From Octopus bimaculoides (lineage: Eukaryota): DNA of 64,000 nt. Shown in pieces: positions 14,701 through 28,230 of this stretch (position 1 is the first letter of the stretch; each line of letters begins with the position of its first letter). Under the pieces are notes generated by a model. It had not been told where the DNA came from, ran no database searches, and saw only the letters and a list, made by a program, of their open reading frames with translations. The stretch covers positions 108,176,699 through 108,240,698 of the forward strand of contig NC_068982.1 in the NCBI RefSeq assembly GCF_001194135.2. Direction: 5' to 3'. The translations under genes were made by a program, and so were the position numbers.

Positions 14701-15099
14701 AATAGCAATTTAATGCAGAGGTACAAAATATAAATTAAAATATTCACTAATTTTAAGTTTTGTTTGCTTGAGACATGCACAGAAAATGCATACTATCTAA
14801 AGCCAACAGTACTAAGAATCATCTCAGGAGGTAATGATTCTTAATTTCTTAAGAGCAAAAATTAATATCACTTAAAATTGTTCAGTAATTTAGCTAGATT
14901 TAATAATCAATCATCAACAGAAAATTTGATTTTGTTTCTATGACAGAAAAATATATTCCATACAATTAAATATTGTAGCAAAACACAAGTCTTTATGATG
15001 CATTTTATAGTGCTTAGCATCAACCTGTCAATGCTCTTTATATCAAATAAAACCTACTACAAAAAATGCAAATGTAACAGTTTAAATATAAAGAGCAAA

Positions 15100-15720
15100 A
15101 CATCAATGATGTATTGACATAAACTAAGCCATCTGAAGCATAAAGAATACTTAAACTACTTCAGGTATTACACCACAACACTTCCTCAACATCATATTAT
15201 TCCATACTGGACTCTTTACAAGGTACACATGCACCCTCTTTGAGATGCACCATATTTGAGATGGTGCAGCTGCTTCATTAGGAACCAAATCCAAAGGCCA
15301 ACCAACTAATGAGCAAATCTAACTTGCATAGATGTTTTCCATTTCATCTACAGCAGTCCATAATTTTCTATACTTGTAAGATGAGTACCACATCAACCCA
15401 AACCAGACCAGGGCATCCCTACACCACCCTACCTATCATCTCTTCCCTTCTGCATCTCACCCATTAAAACAAAAAGTAAACATTTGACTTAAATAATTCC
15501 CCCTCATAGCTATAACTTCCTGGAATTCACTCCTTGCCCAACTTTACCATATACTTCCATCTACAGAAATTTAAACTGAATATCAACAATATTAGCATAT
15601 CCTTCTTCAGACTAAATTTCCAAAAATTACAAAATAATGACAATGATCATCTCAGAGCTATCACAATATCTCAAAATAGATCTATGCTATAAAACTATTT
15701 AAACACCAACAATTTAATGT
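15100..15720 (+). mobile_element. Decayed CR1/L2-like LINE 3' portion
   Basis: catatttgagatggtgcagctgc (HI-DGAAA) and cctggaattcactcc (WNSL), homologous to 11235-11640 and about 62400. Confidence 0.65.
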
Positions 15721-15759
15721 CTATTTATTCTGGCCAGTATAGACTGGACAAGATTTTAG

Positions 15760-16170
15760 TAGCTTGATCTGCGGTACACTATGCAAAGCTTTCCAAAATA
15801 CGAGCGTTTGACAAGTTTTGTTATCTGAATATCTAGAAGAGTCATTTTTAATGGGTTTTGTCTGGATGAAGGGTCCATCTCTATGGACTTCACATGTTCT
15901 TCAAGTCTAACACAGTTGATGCTCTGGAACAACTACAAGTTGGCAGTTGCAAGGAGGGAATTCCAAGGGTGAGGGAAACTAACAGTTTGAAGTGAAAGGA
16001 CCAGGGTAAAATAGTCAGTGTAGTTATGACAAAAGGAAAGAAACAAGTGAGTCATGTGGGCCTGAGTGAATGTGAATAAGTGCAGCGAAGAGCAGGGTCC
16101 ACTAAGGTAACAGTAGACAAAGTAGAGTGAAAAGGCAGCAAATCAGTGGGCCAGAGGAGAAACTCAATGA
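15760..16170 (-). mobile_element. CR1/L2-like LINE 3' end, reverse orientation
   Basis: The reverse strand reads ...cccttggaattccctcc... (PWNSL) plus a tail similar to the plus-strand copies. Confidence 0.45.
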
Positions 16171-16959
16171 ACGATAATCACACACATGGACATACGTGCA
16201 CACACACACACAGAGCGATTCATGATCCAAACATTGTTATTACTAGTTTGTTGAAAACTTCAGCTAAGTAAAACTGCCTTCATGGTTAAGTGGCTAACAT
16301 TAGCAAGAATATTATAAGAAAGAAAAAATGCAGAAAGAATTCCTGTATATATCAAAATTTGTAAAACAATCCAACATATACTAACCTGGGAATATCAATG
16401 TAAAAAACATAAAAAAATCTAGTACATGAAGTTTACCACATTCACAATGTATCTATGTTTGTACTACAAACATTAGGAATGGTGCCAGATATCACTATCA
16501 AATAAAACTCATGCCAGCATGAAAGAGTAGATCTTAAAATGGCAATGATGAAAATATTCAACTGATGATTAATTATTTAAATATATAACCCTAGAGTAAC
16601 AATCATAATAATCTTCATTTTGAAATTTATTTCACTAGAATGTTTTTATGTAACTGACATAAAGATTTATATTCTTTCATAAATCTTTCAAAAGAACATT
16701 TGTAAAAATTTGTAAAACTTGCTGTTCTTTCGTACGAATATGTAACAAATTACCATGAAAAACTTGTACAACATTCTTGTACATAAAAATGTGAAGGTAG
16801 TAAAAACAGATTTTATAGTGTCATAGTAAAAATATGAAAATAACAAGCCTTAAAACAGTTCTGATGGTCTTGTTACAATGTTTATCCTAAATGAAAAATA
16901 TAAGGAGAAGAGACAGAAGAAAGACAGTAGCAACAAGTTTTATAAACTTGGTTTCAAAT

Positions 16960-17925
16960 ATAAAAGAAAAGGCAATCTTGATCTCCAACTTAACACAGAG
17001 ATTGTGTTAGAACACAGAATACTGCACTATTTACCTTGACAGGATCTCTTATATGGATTTGTGGTGCATAAAAGCACTCATAATTATATTGTTGGCAGAT
17101 AAGAACCGTCTGCTATGGCCACCAGAACTGCCTGATCACTTGATTTTGTCCCACTATGGACTCTTCAGCAACATAGCAACCACATCTTCTGTCAATGATT
17201 TTTAGAATATCAGTGTCTATTCCGGCATTGGTGTTGCAAATAGCCAGCAGGCTTATTTACAAATAACAGCAACAGAAGCAGAATAAATATCAAAAAGCAA
17301 TACTGATCTCCATCTTAATGCCGAGGTTGTGTTAGATCACAGAATACTGTGCAATTTACCTTGACAGGATTTCTTATATGGACTCATGGTACATAAAAGC
17401 ACTCAAAATTATATCATTAACAGATGAAAAATGTCTGCTACAGTTACTGGTACTTCCAGATCATGTGACTATGCCCTGCTACAGGCTTCTCAGTGACAGA
17501 TATCTGACAGCGAAATAACAGCAGAATCTCCTGTCAATGATATATAGAATATCAGTGTCTATTCAGGCATTAGTGCCACAAATAGTCAGTGGGCTTACTA
17601 AAAATAATCAATAACAGAAGCAGTATTAATATCAAAAGGTAATCTTGATCTCCAACTTAATGTGGAGGTTGTGTTAAGACACAGAATACTGCACTATTTA
17701 TCTTCAGAGGATCTCTCAATATAGACTCATGGTGCATAAATGCATTTGCAATTATAGCGTTGACAGACAATATAATTACAAGTGCTTTTACACACCATAA
17801 TTCCATAAGAGATCCTCTGAAGGTAAATAGTGCAGTATTCTGTGTTTTAACACAACTTCCACGTTAAGCTGGAGATCAAGATTGCCTTTTGGTAATAATA
17901 TTGCTGCTGTTGCTATTATTTCATA
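16960..17925. repeat. Diverged tandem array (~325-342-bp unit, about 2.4 copies) ending in an inverted copy (foldback)
   Basis: tgatctc...cacagaatactg...ggatctct recurs at 16979, 17304 and 17646. An inverted copy at 17771-17925 is centred near 17762 (cttcagaggatctc 17703-17716 pairs with gagatcctctgaag 17809-17822). Confidence 0.85.
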
Positions 17926-18174
17926 AAAGAAAAATTTTGTCTGTTGATCCTCATTATTAAATACTAGAAAAAAAAGAATAATCAATAAATGATTGTACAC
18001 AAAAAAATGGAAATCTTAGACATATCAACTATCCAGACATTAACATTAAAACAATTTTCTCAAATCTTCAAATTATAATATATATGCATACAATAAATAT
18101 TTACATATTCTTATAGAAACAAAGATTTTAAGCTGACTACCACCATTTTACAAAACACATGATTAATGGGCATC

Positions 18175-18545
18175 TTTTACTTGTTTCAATCATAGGACTA
18201 TGACTATTGCTGGGGTGCAGCCCTGAAGGATTTTAGTTGAACAAATCAATTCCAGTACTCATTTTTTAAAAACTCTGGTACTTACTCAATTAGTCTCTTT
18301 TGTTATGGGGACATAAACAAACAAGCACCAGTTGTCAAGTGTGTGTGAGTGGGAGGGAGACACAAACACAAAGACACACTGAAGGGCCTTCAGTTTCTGT
18401 CTACCAAATCCACCCATAAGGCATTGATTGGCTGGCCTGGGCCAACTATAGTAGAAGATATTCAGCCAACGTACCATGCAGTGGGACTGAGCCTGAAAGC
18501 ATGTGGTTGGGAGGTAAACTTCTTACCACACAGCCATACCTGTAC
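18175..18545 (-). mobile_element. tRNA-type SINE (family A), reverse orientation
   Basis: cagtttctgtctaccaaatccac ... gtgggactgagcc ... cttaccacacagccatacctgt is the reverse complement of the SINE head. Confidence 0.8.
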
Positions 18546-18979
18546 ATATTTACAGATATTTTCATTGCAACTTGAACATCAAAGTCCTATGTTTCGAAAT
18601 TAGAATTACATCAGATAAGTATTACATTCAACAATATATTGTGTTCACTACTATATTCAGCAGAATTCACATCTAAATAATATTTTCTGACATTACTAAC
18701 AAAATGAAATAATAAAAAAGCTACACATATTTAAAAAAGAAAATTAATGTCTTTCCATCAACAAAGTAATATGATAATAAATTATTTGACCATTCGTGCA
18801 TAATCAAAGATATCCAGCAATGAGTGGTTACCTATGACTTGAGAATGTATACAGAAATATCTGTATTAAATTCCCAATTGTTATCGTGAAATTTGTCAAA
18901 TATTCAGTGGTATGACAAAACTTCTACAAATAATCCATTAGGCTAGTGTGGTAATTAGAAAGCAGGTGATATCAAAAAG

Positions 18980-19345
18980 ATTGGCATGATTATATTTAGT
19001 TAAGAAGCTCACTTTGTAACCATGTGGTTTCCGATTTAGTCCCACTGCGTGATGCCTTAGGCAAGTGTCTTATGTCCTGGGTCAACTAATGCTTTGTGAG
19101 TGAATTTGGTAGACAGAAACTAAGAGGAATCCCAGCATGTGTGTGTGTGTGTGTATTAGCACCTCCTCCCCACTCAACAATTGGGGTTGGTTAGTTTATG
19201 CCCCCATAACTTAATGGTTTGGCAAAAAGAGACCAAGCAAAATAAGTATCAGAATAAATATGTACTGGTGTCGATTTGTTCACTAAACACTTCAAGACAG
19301 TGGCCCAGCATGGCTGCAGTCCAATGACTGAAACAAGTAAAAAAA
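18980..19345 (+). mobile_element. tRNA-type SINE (family A), forward orientation
   Basis: taagaagctcactttgtaaccatgtgg...agtcccactgcg...gtgagtgaatttggtagacagaaact...gactgaaacaagtaaaa. Confidence 0.8.
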
Positions 19346-21843
19346 TAACGAGCATCTTAATTTTCAGAACTTTCAAACCAATACTAAAAATGGGGGGCAG
19401 GGGGATTAACAACAGGGATAAAATGAGTAATTTCTGATTTCTCATTTTCTCCTTGCCTGTTTGAAATCATTACAGTGCATCTTTAGGAGTAAAAATGGAC
19501 CAGCATAGTTGTTGTTGAAGTCGAGAGAGTTTGGAACATAGGCAGATGACAGGTACATTTTGCATCCAAGAAATTTGTTCTCAACTTTGATCTGATTGTA
19601 AATGAGGTTGCTAATAGAATATCAAGATAATTTTTGGTGTTTAAAATCAATATTCTGTTCCCTGTTGGATTCCAAATCAGTTTTTTCCACACTAACATTT
19701 AATTTGATAATTTTCAATTTTAAAAAAATGTCTAAAATGGGGTAAAATTAGTAATGACTAATTTCAATAATTTCTTCTCTTTAACTGCATGTGTGTAAAT
19801 ATATCGGGAAGAGAGCCACCCCAATATATCATGAAGAAGCTATAGAGAATATGTTATGTTGAATTTTTTGATTTAGCCGAGTTTTGATAATTTCATATGT
19901 GCCATTTTTCCATGATCCTCTTTCATTTGATCTAGGTATTTAAAATTTTTGTTGCTTTTCTGTTCTTTCTGATGTCTAAGGATAGATATTGATGTGTATA
20001 ATCTGTTTTCAAATGTAATTCTGGAGAACTGTCTTTTACATGCTCAAAAAAACAGAGATAATTTTCTGAAATAATGTTCTGAATATGTTAGTGTTTTTAA
20101 TTCATTTAGAGAAGGTCATTTGCTCAGCTGATATAAGGTAGTAAAATGTTTTTTTTCTCAAAATCAAAAACGCTGAAAAAACTCCTCATTGTACCTCACC
20201 CACCTCTATTCGTTTTGGCATATATCACAGTTTTTAAAAAGTATTTTTTTCTTGCTTTTCTTACGTTTAAATAAATACTTTTTTTAATTACTTGAATTAA
20301 TCATTTTAAAACAATTTCAACGAGTAATTAATTATAATTACAAAAATAGATACTTTTGCATAACACAAAACGTGATGTAGGTAAACATCAATAAATGTGC
20401 AGGGGAAGTAACTAATACAACTCATAACATGGCGGTCACAAATTCATTGTTCTTTATATTTTAAGCCCAAAATATACAGATGTGTAAAATACATAATGAA
20501 CGTATTTCATATTACTTATATTAGTTGAACCTTGAGATATATAAAATTAGAAACCACATCAATGATATTTACAGGAAAACAATAACTTCTTTATATAATT
20601 TTATAAAGGGTTTTGATATATAATGAAGAGAATTTTTAACAATGCATGTACCGGACTGTATAGCTAGAGATAATTATAAGAAAACAACAATAAGTAATAA
20701 ATTGTAAGAAGTGAAATGCATGTATTTCCTTTCAACTATGTTATCCATTATATTACAATGTAAGTGATTGATATACAAGTATTAACTGGTTCTTCCTTTG
20801 GTTGTTGAAAAATACTGGTTGGTTAGAGAATGTAAAAAAATAAAAAATAGAGACTAAACATATGGTAATGGATATTGAAAATCCAATCAGTAAATATATA
20901 CAGATTATACAGAATATGTTATCTGCTATATAGCTGACTTGTCCAACTCATGTCAATGCAGATGATGGTGAAGAGTAAACTCAGGGGATAAAAATTGGAT
21001 TTGTATAAAGAAATAATGTACAATAGCATTTTACTGTGTTTTATATTGAATTTATCCTGTGGAGATGATTTTTTGGTTGTTGCCTGAATTTCAGTAATAT
21101 TTATAAAAATGCATGAAATTTTTTTGTCAAGCTATGCATTATCATGATCATTTTTCATGTCCACTTTCACTGATAGCATGGGTTTGTTGGGTTCTTGCAG
21201 TCTGAATTAGTTCTTATTAGGAGTTACTGCTCTCCAAGATATGTCTCTACCATACACTCTACTCTGGCATGGTTTCTATGGATAAATGCTTTTCATAATA
21301 CCACAGAATGTACTGCATGTATTTTATCATGGTACTAGCAACAGAAATTATTTTGTCCTTAGAAAGGATCCTTTCAAATCTATGTTGTCTCTATTCATTC
21401 ACCAACCACTTTTCAGGATATACTGGATACACATTTCATCATAGCACCAGGACTAGAAAACTAAAAAGTTTGATCTACTCCATGTTATCTTTTGAAGTAA
21501 ATGAGACAAATAGTGGAAAGGAAGAGAGCAATAAAAGAAAGAGAACATGGGAAAGAGGGTGACAGAGATAGTATTAGATAGCTGCAAGTTGGTTGTTGGT
21601 ATGGAGATTGAATGGCCTATGTGATGGGGGTAGCCAGTGTGATTAGAGAGACACAATGATAGAAGAGGGAGAAAATGTAAGTTTGTTGAATAAAATTGCA
21701 ATTATACAGAAACAATGTTTACTTAAAAGAAGCTGTAAGCTATTTATGACAAAATCAAATGTGCTCTTCAAACAGGACACTCAAGAATTATTCAAATGCA
21801 GCCAACCACAATCTCCATTGCTCTAACAATTTTACTGTATTTT

Positions 21844-22071
21844 TTAACCCTTCAGTACCCAGATTACCCTGTCAAATGTATTGCTTATTTATTCACGTTA
21901 TTTTGAATTAATCATGTATAATCTTGTAGCTTCAGGATTTCAAAGATGTGATTGTTTACTTTTAGAATGACAATGTAAGGTAGGTATGAAAGGCTGAATG
22001 TGGTTGGATTGAACATAGAACAGGTAGAATATTTGGGCCAGATATGGCTGGATTGAATGCTAAATGGTTAA
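21844..22071. mobile_element. piggyBac-like MITE (TTAA-flanked), copy 2
   Basis: ttaa|cccttcagtac ... aatgctaaatgg|ttaa. TTAA is present on both sides and the element is homologous to 9098-9316. Confidence 0.75.
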
Positions 22072-23949
22072 ACAATGGTGAAGAATCCTTGTCCATTAGT
22101 TTGGATTAGCTGTCACAACTAAGGCCAAGCTGGAGCATCATTGTATTAAATATTTTTCTTTATGTAGTGCCTACAAGTATTCCTCATTCAACTTACCTTT
22201 GATTAAGTTACTAAGAATTTACTAATTACATTTTATTGACATCCACACTAGGATGGTACTTGTTTTCTTACTTTTCTCATTTCTTAAAGACAGCAATCCA
22301 TAAGGAACAGGCATTTTCCTGAAGAATCAGTATGAAAGTAATGAATCGAGTAAATAAGCCCTTTCAAAATATTTTATTCATAGAAAGGTAGTGAATGGAA
22401 TACCACAGAGATCAGATGATAAAAAGTACATCTTTTGTTATATAAAACTGACATGAATAGAACACCAGGAGGAAAAAAGATAGTATAAGCTTATATCTTA
22501 GTGAATTTACTACAAAAGAAAAACACTTATCTAAGAATAAGCAGTTTTCTCAGGTCACTGCTATTCTAAAAAGGACCAAGTTTTATGTGCTTAGGACAAA
22601 AGGGTTACTAAATATGTAGAAGGAAAACGTAGTTAAAATTAATATTTTACTGAGAAACTTAGCCTCTTGATAAATAGTTGCTGAATTCAATCATTTAGAG
22701 ATTTACGGTCTATTTGATAAGTAATTTATAAGGAAAGTGAATACAAGTTGACATGCATGAATGATACTGTTTAATACATGCAGAAATGATATAATTGCAT
22801 TATGGATTATAATGTAGATGTATGACCAATACCGACAGAACATGCATCACTAAAGTGCTAGACCAAAAGTAAATCTGGGAGAAAGTGGTAGTGATGATTT
22901 AAGTTTGATTCTTACACCAACTGAAACTTAAATAATTAGAAATGTTAAGAGAATATTTAGATGAAATAATTTGCAAACAGAAATTAAGATACTGGACAAA
23001 TGAAGTTCTAGAAACAATAACTGTTAAATCAGTGAAAGCTAGCTAGTGACATCTGAAAACTTGAATGAGCTAAAGAGATATATTATGATCTACTGGTGTG
23101 GGACGTGTCTTGGAGAAAAATTCCTTCTAGATTTCCTGTATAAAAATCAGCCAGATTTTTTTTTTCCAAGAGCCTCACAGTAAGTATCTTCCACATTCTT
23201 GAGTAAAGGAACACATTAAAGATAAATGTACACATTGTTACTCTGATCATCAACACTATGTACTCACTTTATATATATGTTTGTGCATGCGCGCACGTGT
23301 ATATGTGTGTATACTTATATACACACACAGACTACTGTCTGTCTCTTTGGAGATATCTCTAATTCATTTTCAGTGTTCTAAATGTGAGTAAGCAAGTAGG
23401 TCCTTTACAATGAGAACCTGCTCTACACCAACCTCTTCCCTCATACCTTAACTACCATCTAACACACAGATGCAGATTCCTTCCTCCCTAGGTTTCTTGG
23501 TCTGTGAGCTATATGGTGACCTCAATAGTGTCAGTAACATGGAAAAAGTACCCAGTGCACACTGTAAAGTGGTTGTCATTTAACAGATCCTTGTCAAACC
23601 ATCCAACTTATACCAACATAGAATGAGGATGTTAAAGAATGATGATGACACTGGATGGTTAAGTTCTAGAAAGTAGGGGTCTGATCACAACATACGTTTA
23701 TGCTCACAATCAGGTTCAAGAAGTTTTTACTCCAAGTGTTGTTATATAAATTACATTCTGTATGTGTATAGATATCTACTTCTAATGCAATGTAATCATA
23801 TATTTGATATTAATTTATTTGCTTCTTGTAAATGTATTGCTATACATGGTTATTGTCAGTTAAAATATACAATGACAATAAACTGAATTAAACAAATCTG
23901 TCTGCAATTGATTTATATGCAACAGAAAAGACAGGTCACAGATAATTGA

Positions 23950-24560
23950 AAAGGGATGAGAATATATTGTTTTTAAGAACTTCTTTAATGTGAAATGATA
24001 AGGAGGATGAAATAATAAAACTATTATGAGTTAAATGACTGAAAAATAGTAACTCTTGAAAGTCATCAGAGCATCCAAATTTCTTGATGAAAAGAAAAGC
24101 ATTCATAAACTACAACCAATATCAAGAAAAATGTATTACACTAATTTTGAAAATTTATATCAAGAAGAATCCAACAAATCCAAAACAGTCACAAATTAAA
24201 AAAAAAAACTAAAATAACAATTCCATGCACTACTCAGTCTAATTTAGGACTAAAATCAGATTAATAATCCAGAAAATAAATTATGAAAAAGAGAAAGCTG
24301 GTTTTCAAAATTCATTAAAAAAAATTCATTAAAATTAAATAAATGGAAGAATGATAAATGCCTTAAGAAATTTCAAGGGAGTTTACCCAGAGTAAAATTA
24401 TAAAAAACCTTGATAAGAGTATTTCTGAAATCAACTGAACATAGAAAATACAGTTATTGAAAAAAAATTCAATGGATCTATACTAGTATACTTATTCCAT
24501 AGAAAAACTAGCACCAAATTCAAATAGATTTTATGCTGAATTTTATCATTGCTAACATTT
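23950..24560 (+). mobile_element. Decayed L1/Tx1-like LINE fragment
   Basis: aaactagcaccaaattcaaatagattttatgctgaattttat translates KLAPNSNRFYAEFY, resembling the KAPGPDGF-x-EFY motif. A-rich. Confidence 0.4.
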
Positions 24561-25091
24561 GAAGTCAACAAAACCTATACAAGTTACATGAAAACTTATC
24601 ACAAATGATTAATACTACACAAATGAAATAAAGAAATTCTCTCTTGTACATACACATCCAATATACAACATGCATAAATTCCCATGCACGTATATATAAT
24701 GTATATACACATATATATATATAAACATACATATAAATATACACATATAAATATATATATATATATAAACATACAATATATATATATATATATATATTAT
24801 TCATAGTTACTGCTCTCCTAGATGAATTGGGGGGTTAAATCTTGCTCACATGATTCATTTTAATTTGGTTTCTACAGCTAGATGCCCTTCCTAACACTAA
24901 AACCACATAGAGAGTACACTTTATTGTGGCACAAATACCATAAAAGTTGCTATGTTCTCAACAATCCATCACTTGGCCTAGAGCTTGTTGCAGTGGCTTG
25001 TGAGCCTCAACAATCCTGAGATATGACAGGCAAAGTGCAAGCTCCCAGTTGAGCCTCCCATGCCAGACTGTTCAAAAGATAGAGACTAGAT

Positions 25092-25327
25092 CAGAGGTTT
25101 CCAACCATTTTTTGCTGATGGACTCCTATGATTCCTACTTTACTCTAGTGGATCCTCATAGCCATTTGATGTTTAAGAAATCTCATTATATTTCTATAAT
25201 TGAATACTATAAGGAGTTGCATAAAAAAAATTGTTAAAATACTTTGTGTATTGTAGAAGCATAATCAATGTATTGCACATAACCTCTAACAGCAAAATCT
25301 TATATAGATCCTAGTTGAGAACAACAG
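25092..25327. mobile_element. hAT (Charlie-like) MITE
   Basis: Termini cagaggtttccaacc ... agttgagaacaacag resemble CAGGGGTTCTCAACC-type TIRs. The flanking 8-mers gactagat / aactaaat match at 6 of 8 (decayed TSD). Confidence 0.5.
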
Positions 25328-26199
25328 AACTAAATTACTATGGACCACTTCTTCCAAGAGATAAAAGTAGGTTTGCATACGGCCAACACTCCTACCTAGA
25401 AAAAAAAAACAGAGTTACAGAAACATCAATGACAAGTCAAAATTTAACAAGAGCTGGATGAGAAAGGCCTTCCCTCAAGAAAAAAAACATAAGACACAGT
25501 GCTGCAAAATCTGAAAGGAAGACGCAAGGCCAAAAGAGCAGGGATCCAACTGCAGAATAGCAGAAAGAAGAGCTCAGAGTTAAAAACAATGGAGAAAAGT
25601 TGTTGATGGCCTATACTCTGTAGTGAATGAAAGGCTTAAGCAAATTCTTGACAAGGCTACAGGAGCCCTCTTGATCCCACATCTCTACTTCCTTGCCAAC
25701 CACTTTACAAAATGTCCAGCTTAGGTGAATTCATAGTGTATGAACAGTAATAGGGATACCTTGTACCTCATTTGATTGGAGAGTCTGCAACACTATAATG
25801 TGTTCATTCACTTGTGCTACATAGCTGAGGAAGTGAATAAAACAGCAATGATTTAAGAACAAGGCTGGGTGGGTGAGAAAAGCAGTGTAATTGGGATGAA
25901 AATAATGGATAAATGGTAAGAATGAATGTTGGATGTCAATAAAAGGGGTCAAGGAAGTATAGGGGTAATGGTAGAGTGTAAAGAACACATGCGAATCTGA
26001 TGTGGTCCCTTATATATGTAAGTACTGAGATTGATGAGAAAGCTAGTGTCATAAGGATGAGTGTTGGAAAGATGAGAGTCAGATAATTCTAGGGACATCC
26101 CTAGCCCTTCTGGAAGAATGATACAGTGATGAGAAAAGCTCTCCTACATTTCTTAGTTACAACAATATAGTATAGTGAGAGTGAAAAGACGAGTGAAAG

Positions 26200-26560
26200 G
26201 AGAATAAGCATATATATATATGCCCAGCTCTTCGAAACGCCGGTGTTAAAACGGGGGTAGCTGATGAAGTAGAATGTTCTCTATGTGGCTTGTGTGTTTT
26301 CTCGTCTACATTTTGTTTGCAATTTCCTGTACCCAGATATGCACTTATACATACAGGTGGATGTCGGTACGCACATACCTGTACGTATATATGCATATAC
26401 TCATTTACTATTTGTTTATATATATATGATTTAAGAAAAATGTGGAAGAGAATGAGGAAAGCATGAGGGGAATGAAGCAAATGCTGTGGCCAGCAGAGCC
26501 AACAAGGCAGCAGACAGGCTGGCTGGTCCAGGTGATATATATATGTATGACAGAATCAAA
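26200..26560 (+). repeat. Dispersed repeat, possibly Penelope-related; second copy inverted at 60240-60350
   Basis: ggggtagctgatgaagtagaatgttctctatgtggcttgtgtgttttct matches the reverse complement of 60300-60345 (ggggcagctgatgaaggaaatattctctatgtggcctgtttgtt). Confidence 0.6.
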
Positions 26561-27099
26561 ATAAATTTGTGGTAGTTTGCATATTCTGTGAAAACAATAA
26601 ATTGAAGTGTGTATTTGTAAAAATTTCTGTATTTCATATGGTGTATAAGTTATATATTTTATCAGACTTAATTCAATTGAAACCATAAAGTTACTATTAA
26701 CGCTTTTTTAAAAATGACATACAGCATATGTTAAATAGAAAAACCTTAATATACATTTGTAATCTGTAAGCAGAAAGAACAGTGAAGCATTCCTAACACA
26801 ACTTTTAGCAAAACACTGAATGGAGTAACACCCAACTAGGCAAGAAATGATTGACAATGGATCAGTACAGTAGCTAGGATTATAAAAGCTAAGTGGCAGT
26901 ACAGTACAGTAGCTAGGGTTATAAAAGCTATGTGTCAGCAGTAATATTAAAGAGCAAGATGAGAAGTAAAATTTTAGATGAATCTAGCTAGGAAAGAAAA
27001 TGAAAAGAAGTTTCCTTATGATCTGATTTGACAGGTAATTTTTTTCATATCATTTAGGCTGTAATCAGAGAGAAGTATACCCAAAACCAAAAGTATACT

Positions 27100-28230
27100 T
27101 GACCTCAGTTACAGCTAAAGGAAAGAGAAATAAAAGCTACTATGACATGTTGAATGCTGAGTGAGATAGTAAGGGATCACTTTATGTGGATCTAACAGAG
27201 GATACAGTATTGGTTCTACTTCATAAGTTTATTAAGGATTCAAAGGCATGAAAAACAGCAAGTCTTCTAAAGTAACCACTGAATAGTTGAAAGTCTCAAG
27301 CTATGTTGGATATATACTTGTTTCTTTCTTAATTAATCAGGTAATGCTGAAAGATGACTTGTGAACAGAGTTAGCTTCGATATGATGACATATGAATTTG
27401 TGCTAAATTGCAGGATTACAGTTGTTATATTTCAAGTGCAACATCTGCAAATGCTAAACAAATACAAATCTTAAAAATTTTTTTAACCAGGAAAAGCCTT
27501 TTGACAAGTTTCCTTGCTCTGTAGTTTGATGAATGCTGAGGTATCCACCGTCATTCTAGTTCTTAAAAACCTATAACACAATACTTAAGGGTTGGTTGTG
27601 CTTATAAACTTTTATGAGCTAATCAGCTGGTTCTTGTATTAAAATCTGTTGGGTTGCAATAAAAGTTCCAAACTTAGATGTAAGATCTAGAATCCAAAAG
27701 CTAAAAGGTCAACATTGCTAAGACCAAAGTGCTAATTAATAACAGAAAGTACAAAATCTCAATGACTTTTAGGAAGTTGACATGCTTGAGATGTAGAGAG
27801 GAAGTACATAGAAATTTGTTACTGTGTACTCAGTGCAAACAATGGATATACAAAAGGTGCAGTTGGATCTTTAGCAGGCTGCACAGAACCAGAATTTCAG
27901 ATGTGTCAATACACTGAAGCAGTCAGTAGTGGGAGCACACATAAAAAGAAAATCTAAGGGAGCAAATGCACTGATATAACAATGTAATGCAAATAAATGA
28001 GTGAGTGCTAAATTAATGCTCTGTGTGTGTGTGTGTGTGTGTCATAGCAGTGGAGGAAGGAAAAAGTAAACCAGGAAAGATATAAAAAGAACTAGTGAGC
28101 TCTCTGGACACTGGACCTCGCAGAAAAGGTGATAGAAGACCAAAATGACTGATGATGTGTTGACTACAGACATTCCAACTCACAGCAACATGGAGAAGCG
28201 GATATTAAAGATGAAGTACTGTTCTGTCTT
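27100..28230 (+). mobile_element. Decayed RTE-clade LINE
   Basis: gaaaagccttttgacaagtttccttgctctgtag (EKAFD relic). The C-x2-C-like region and 3' tail ...ggatattaaagatg are homologous to the RTE copies at 41.5-45.4 kb. Confidence 0.6.

Noticed and set aside
19740-20400. DNA-transposon-like AT-rich block
   Set aside because: I could not find matching terminal inverted repeats or a TSD.
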